Position numbers and translations under genes: made by a program. A stretch of 6,858 bases of DNA from Candidatus Iainarchaeum sp. (GTDB taxonomy: Archaea > Iainarchaeota > Iainarchaeia > Iainarchaeales > CSSED10-239). The notes beneath the pieces were generated by a model that saw only the letters and a list, made by a program, of their open reading frames with translations, was not told the origin of the DNA and ran no database searches. Shown one piece after another: positions 5,303-6,858 of the stretch; the stretch's first letter is position 1; each line of letters starts with the position of its first letter. The stretch spans positions 1 to 6,858 of the forward strand of contig PWLL01000032.1 in NCBI GenBank assembly GCA_003559395.1, in the 5' to 3' direction.

Positions 5303-6037
5303 TTACAAAAAACTAACAATTCCATAGTTTGCTAGTATTCCAAAAAATAAAAACAAAGCAACAATTACATATGAAACAAACAAAGCAACAATAAAAGGAA
5401 TTAACGGAGAGGCCCATAGTTCAGAAATATTGTTTTTTCTAGCTAAAGATTTTATGTATCTTAGTTGTGCTTTTGGTGAACAGTTTGGTTCTAGTTGTAC
5501 TTCTTTGACTAATTTTTTGTTTTTGTATTTTAGTATTTCTAGAGGCGTATAAAAGTCAGTTATTTTTTCTAAAGGCATTTTGGTTCCTAAAAACATCATG
5601 ATTGTATTTTTTAAAAAACCATGTTCTGGTTTTTGTTTTTTAATAAGATTATATATAAAAAATGATAAAGGAATAATAAGCATAATAAACAAAGCTAGCA
5701 AGAACACAAGCTGGGAAAAAGCATACAAAAAACCACTAGTAAATGAGATTAACAAAACAACTAATAAATCTCCTTCTCCGATATACGCAAAAGAAGTCAT
5801 TTTTCCAAAAACATAAATGATTGTTAAAAAGATGATCGTGATTATTATTTGTGAAAAATATTGTGTCCACAAGAAACAATTGTTTCTAAACACAAACAAA
5901 TAAAGATAAACAACAGATAATAAACAAACAACAATTATTGGTATTATATTTATTTCTCTATATTTTATATCTTGATAAACATAATAAAAAACTAATATAA
6001 AACAAACAATAAACAATGGTAATACGCGCAATAACAT
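5303..6037 (-). CDS. Prepilin/preflagellin peptidase, aspartic peptidase family A24 (PibD/FlaK/EppA-like)
   Basis: The track ORF is 5303..6094, but its first codon is TTG (plus-strand caa at 6092-6094). The ATG at 6037 gives MLLRVLPLFIVCFILVFYYVYQDIKYREI..., the typical family architecture of a first TM helix followed by the first catalytic Asp (D at nt 5969-5971 in YQDIKYREI). The second catalytic Asp lies in a GxGD-type motif, IGEGDLLV (D at nt 5768-5770). The protein is polytopic, with a ~75-aa soluble insertion before the last TM segment. Stop TAA at 5303-5305. Start is either 6037 (preferred) or 6094. Confidence 0.8.
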   Translation of the reverse strand: MLLRVLPLFIVCFILVFYYVYQDIKYREINIIPIIVVCLLSVVYLYLFVFRNNCFLWTQYFSQIIITIIFLTIIYVFGKMTSFAYIGEGDLLVVLLISFTSGFLYAFSQLVFLLALFIMLIIPLSFFIYNLIKKQKPEHGFLKNTIMMFLGTKMPLEKITDFYTPLEILKYKNKKLVKEVQLEPNCSPKAQLRYIKSLARKNNISELWASPLIPFIVALFVSYVIVALFLFFGILANYGIVSFL

Positions 6038-6094
6038 GATTTTCTCTTTTTTATTTATAAAAAAACGATTTCTTATTAATTTATGATAAACCAA

Positions 6095-6178
6095 AGGTCT
6101 TTTATATATTTTCTTTTTAATATTATATAAGGTTATAATAGATTTAGTTTTTTAACAATTTATAAATAAAGAGAACAA
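6095..6178. promoter_or_regulatory. Divergent intergenic region between the peptidase (-) and uppS (+). Probable bidirectional promoter region.
   Basis: This is the only non-coding DNA between two divergent genes (141 nt if the peptidase starts at 6037). It contains TATA-like strings on the plus strand: ttatataa at about 6123-6130, ttataata at 6133-6140 and tttataaata at 6158-6167. No clear Shine-Dalgarno sequence precedes either start codon. Confidence 0.3.
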
Positions 6179-6858
6179 ATGGTAAAAATAACTTCAATTG
6201 GATTTATTCTTGATGGAAATAGAAGATATGGTGTTAAAAAAAAAATCACTTATAAAGAAGCTTATTCTTTAGGTGCAAAAAAAGCAAGAACAGTTATTGA
6301 ACACATATACAAGAAACACAAAAAAATAAAACAAATACATCTTTTTACTTTATCTAAAGAAAATCTAGAAAATAGAAGTAAATTAGAGTTAAATGAGTTA
6401 TTTAATTTATTTAAAGAAAATAAAAAATATTTAGATGGTCTTAGTAAAAATATAAGCATTAAGTTTATTGGTAATTTTTCTAAGTTGCCTAGTGATTTTA
6501 AAAAAGAAGTTATTAAAACTAATAACTCTTCTACTAAAAAAAGATTAACGATTTATTTTTGTTTAGGTTATGGTGGCCGACAAGAAATTGTTGATGCTGT
6601 AAACAAAATTAATAACAAAAATATTAAAACAAAGATAACAGAAAAAACTTTTAAAAAATATTTGTACGATAAAGACATCATTGATCCAGAGGTAATTGTT
6701 AGAACCTCAGGCACAAAAAGATTGTCTGGGTTTATGTTATATCACGCAGCTTATTCTGAGCTTTGTTTTTTAAATAAATTGTGGCCAGAGATAACTATTA
6801 AAGATGTTGATAAAATCATTTATGATTTTAAATATGTTAGTAAAAACTTTGGTGCTTA
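6179..6858 (+). CDS. uppS: Isoprenyl (undecaprenyl/dehydrodolichyl-type) diphosphate synthase, cis-prenyltransferase family. The 3' end runs off the window and is probably within a few codons of the stop.
   Basis: This ORF is not in the track because it has no stop in the window. My translation from the ATG at 6179 is MVKITSIGFILDGNRRYGVKKKITYKEAYSLGAKKARTVIEH...LFTLSKENLENRS...IYFCLGYGGRQEIVDAV...VIVRTSGTKRLSGFMLYHAAYSELCFLNKLWPEITIKD...YVSKNFGA. It matches the cis-IPTase signature blocks DGNRR[WY], [FL]S-x-EN-x-x-R, GYGGR-x-EI, [IV]RT[SG]G-x-x-R-x-S-x-F and Y-x-E-x-x-F-x(4)-WP. There is no in-frame stop over 226 codons. Confidence 0.9.
   Translation, partial: MVKITSIGFILDGNRRYGVKKKITYKEAYSLGAKKARTVIEHIYKKHKKIKQIHLFTLSKENLENRSKLELNELFNLFKENKKYLDGLSKNISIKFIGNFSKLPSDFKKEVIKTNNSSTKKRLTIYFCLGYGGRQEIVDAVNKINNKNIKTKITEKTFKKYLYDKDIIDPEVIVRTSGTKRLSGFMLYHAAYSELCFLNKLWPEITIKDVDKIIYDFKYVSKNFGA

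Noticed and set aside
5580-5816. Plus-strand 78-aa ORF
   Set aside because: It is antisense to the A24 peptidase gene and spans the region that encodes the GEGD catalytic motif on the minus strand.
6095-6178. A switch from a T-rich to an A-rich plus strand around position 6100-6180, as a possible replication-related skew shift
   Set aside because: The switch coincides exactly with the change in coding strand, since the coding strands are A-rich and Lys/Asn/Ile codons dominate. Gene orientation fully explains it, and the window is too short to infer an origin or terminus.
6262-6459. Minus-strand 65-aa ORF
   Set aside because: It is antisense to the uppS-like gene, which carries unambiguous cis-prenyltransferase motifs on the plus strand.
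1-6858. Mobile element, prophage or genomic island boundaries, and tRNA, rRNA or ncRNA genes
   Set aside because: I found no integrase, transposase or recombinase-like ORFs, no terminal inverted or long direct repeats outside the coding tandem repeats, and no GC-rich structured segments typical of tRNA or rRNA in AT-rich genomes.

Overview
Very AT-rich window with A-rich coding strands and lysine-rich proteins. It has no rRNA, tRNA, CRISPR array or mobile-element signatures. I read it as an archaeal, probably DPANN-like, type IV pilus-like (FlaI/FlaJ or Tad/Epd-type) locus. That taxonomic call is inference from the pilin signal peptide and the FlaI-like N-domain. Six genes are supported. Five sit on the minus strand and look like one tightly packed operon (gaps of -8, 8, 3 and 13 nt): a FlaI/GspE-family secretion-ATPase homolog (2668..5202), two single-domain T2SSF-like platform proteins (1836..2675 and 703..1827), a DUF192 protein (349..699), and a pilin with a classic archaeal class III signal peptide (1..335, runs off the window, absent from the ORF track). 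Upstream on the same strand, separated by an oligo-T tract and a 100-nt AT-rich spacer, is an A24 prepilin peptidase (5303..6037/6094). A nearly complete cis-prenyltransferase (uppS-like, 6179..>6858, also absent from the track) is transcribed divergently on the plus strand. The most unusual observation is that the only ATPase homolog in the locus keeps a well-conserved FlaI-type N-terminal domain but has lost every catalytic motif I can check: Walker A, Asp box, Walker B and His box. It also carries a ~370-aa K/E/P-rich low-complexity N-terminal extension built partly from near-identical 90-bp tandem repeats. Other points worth a second look are DUF192 embedded in the pilus operon, the platform split into two genes, and an extra C-terminal domain containing a CxxxC motif on one platform protein. 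All homology statements come from motif recognition by eye. No searches were run.
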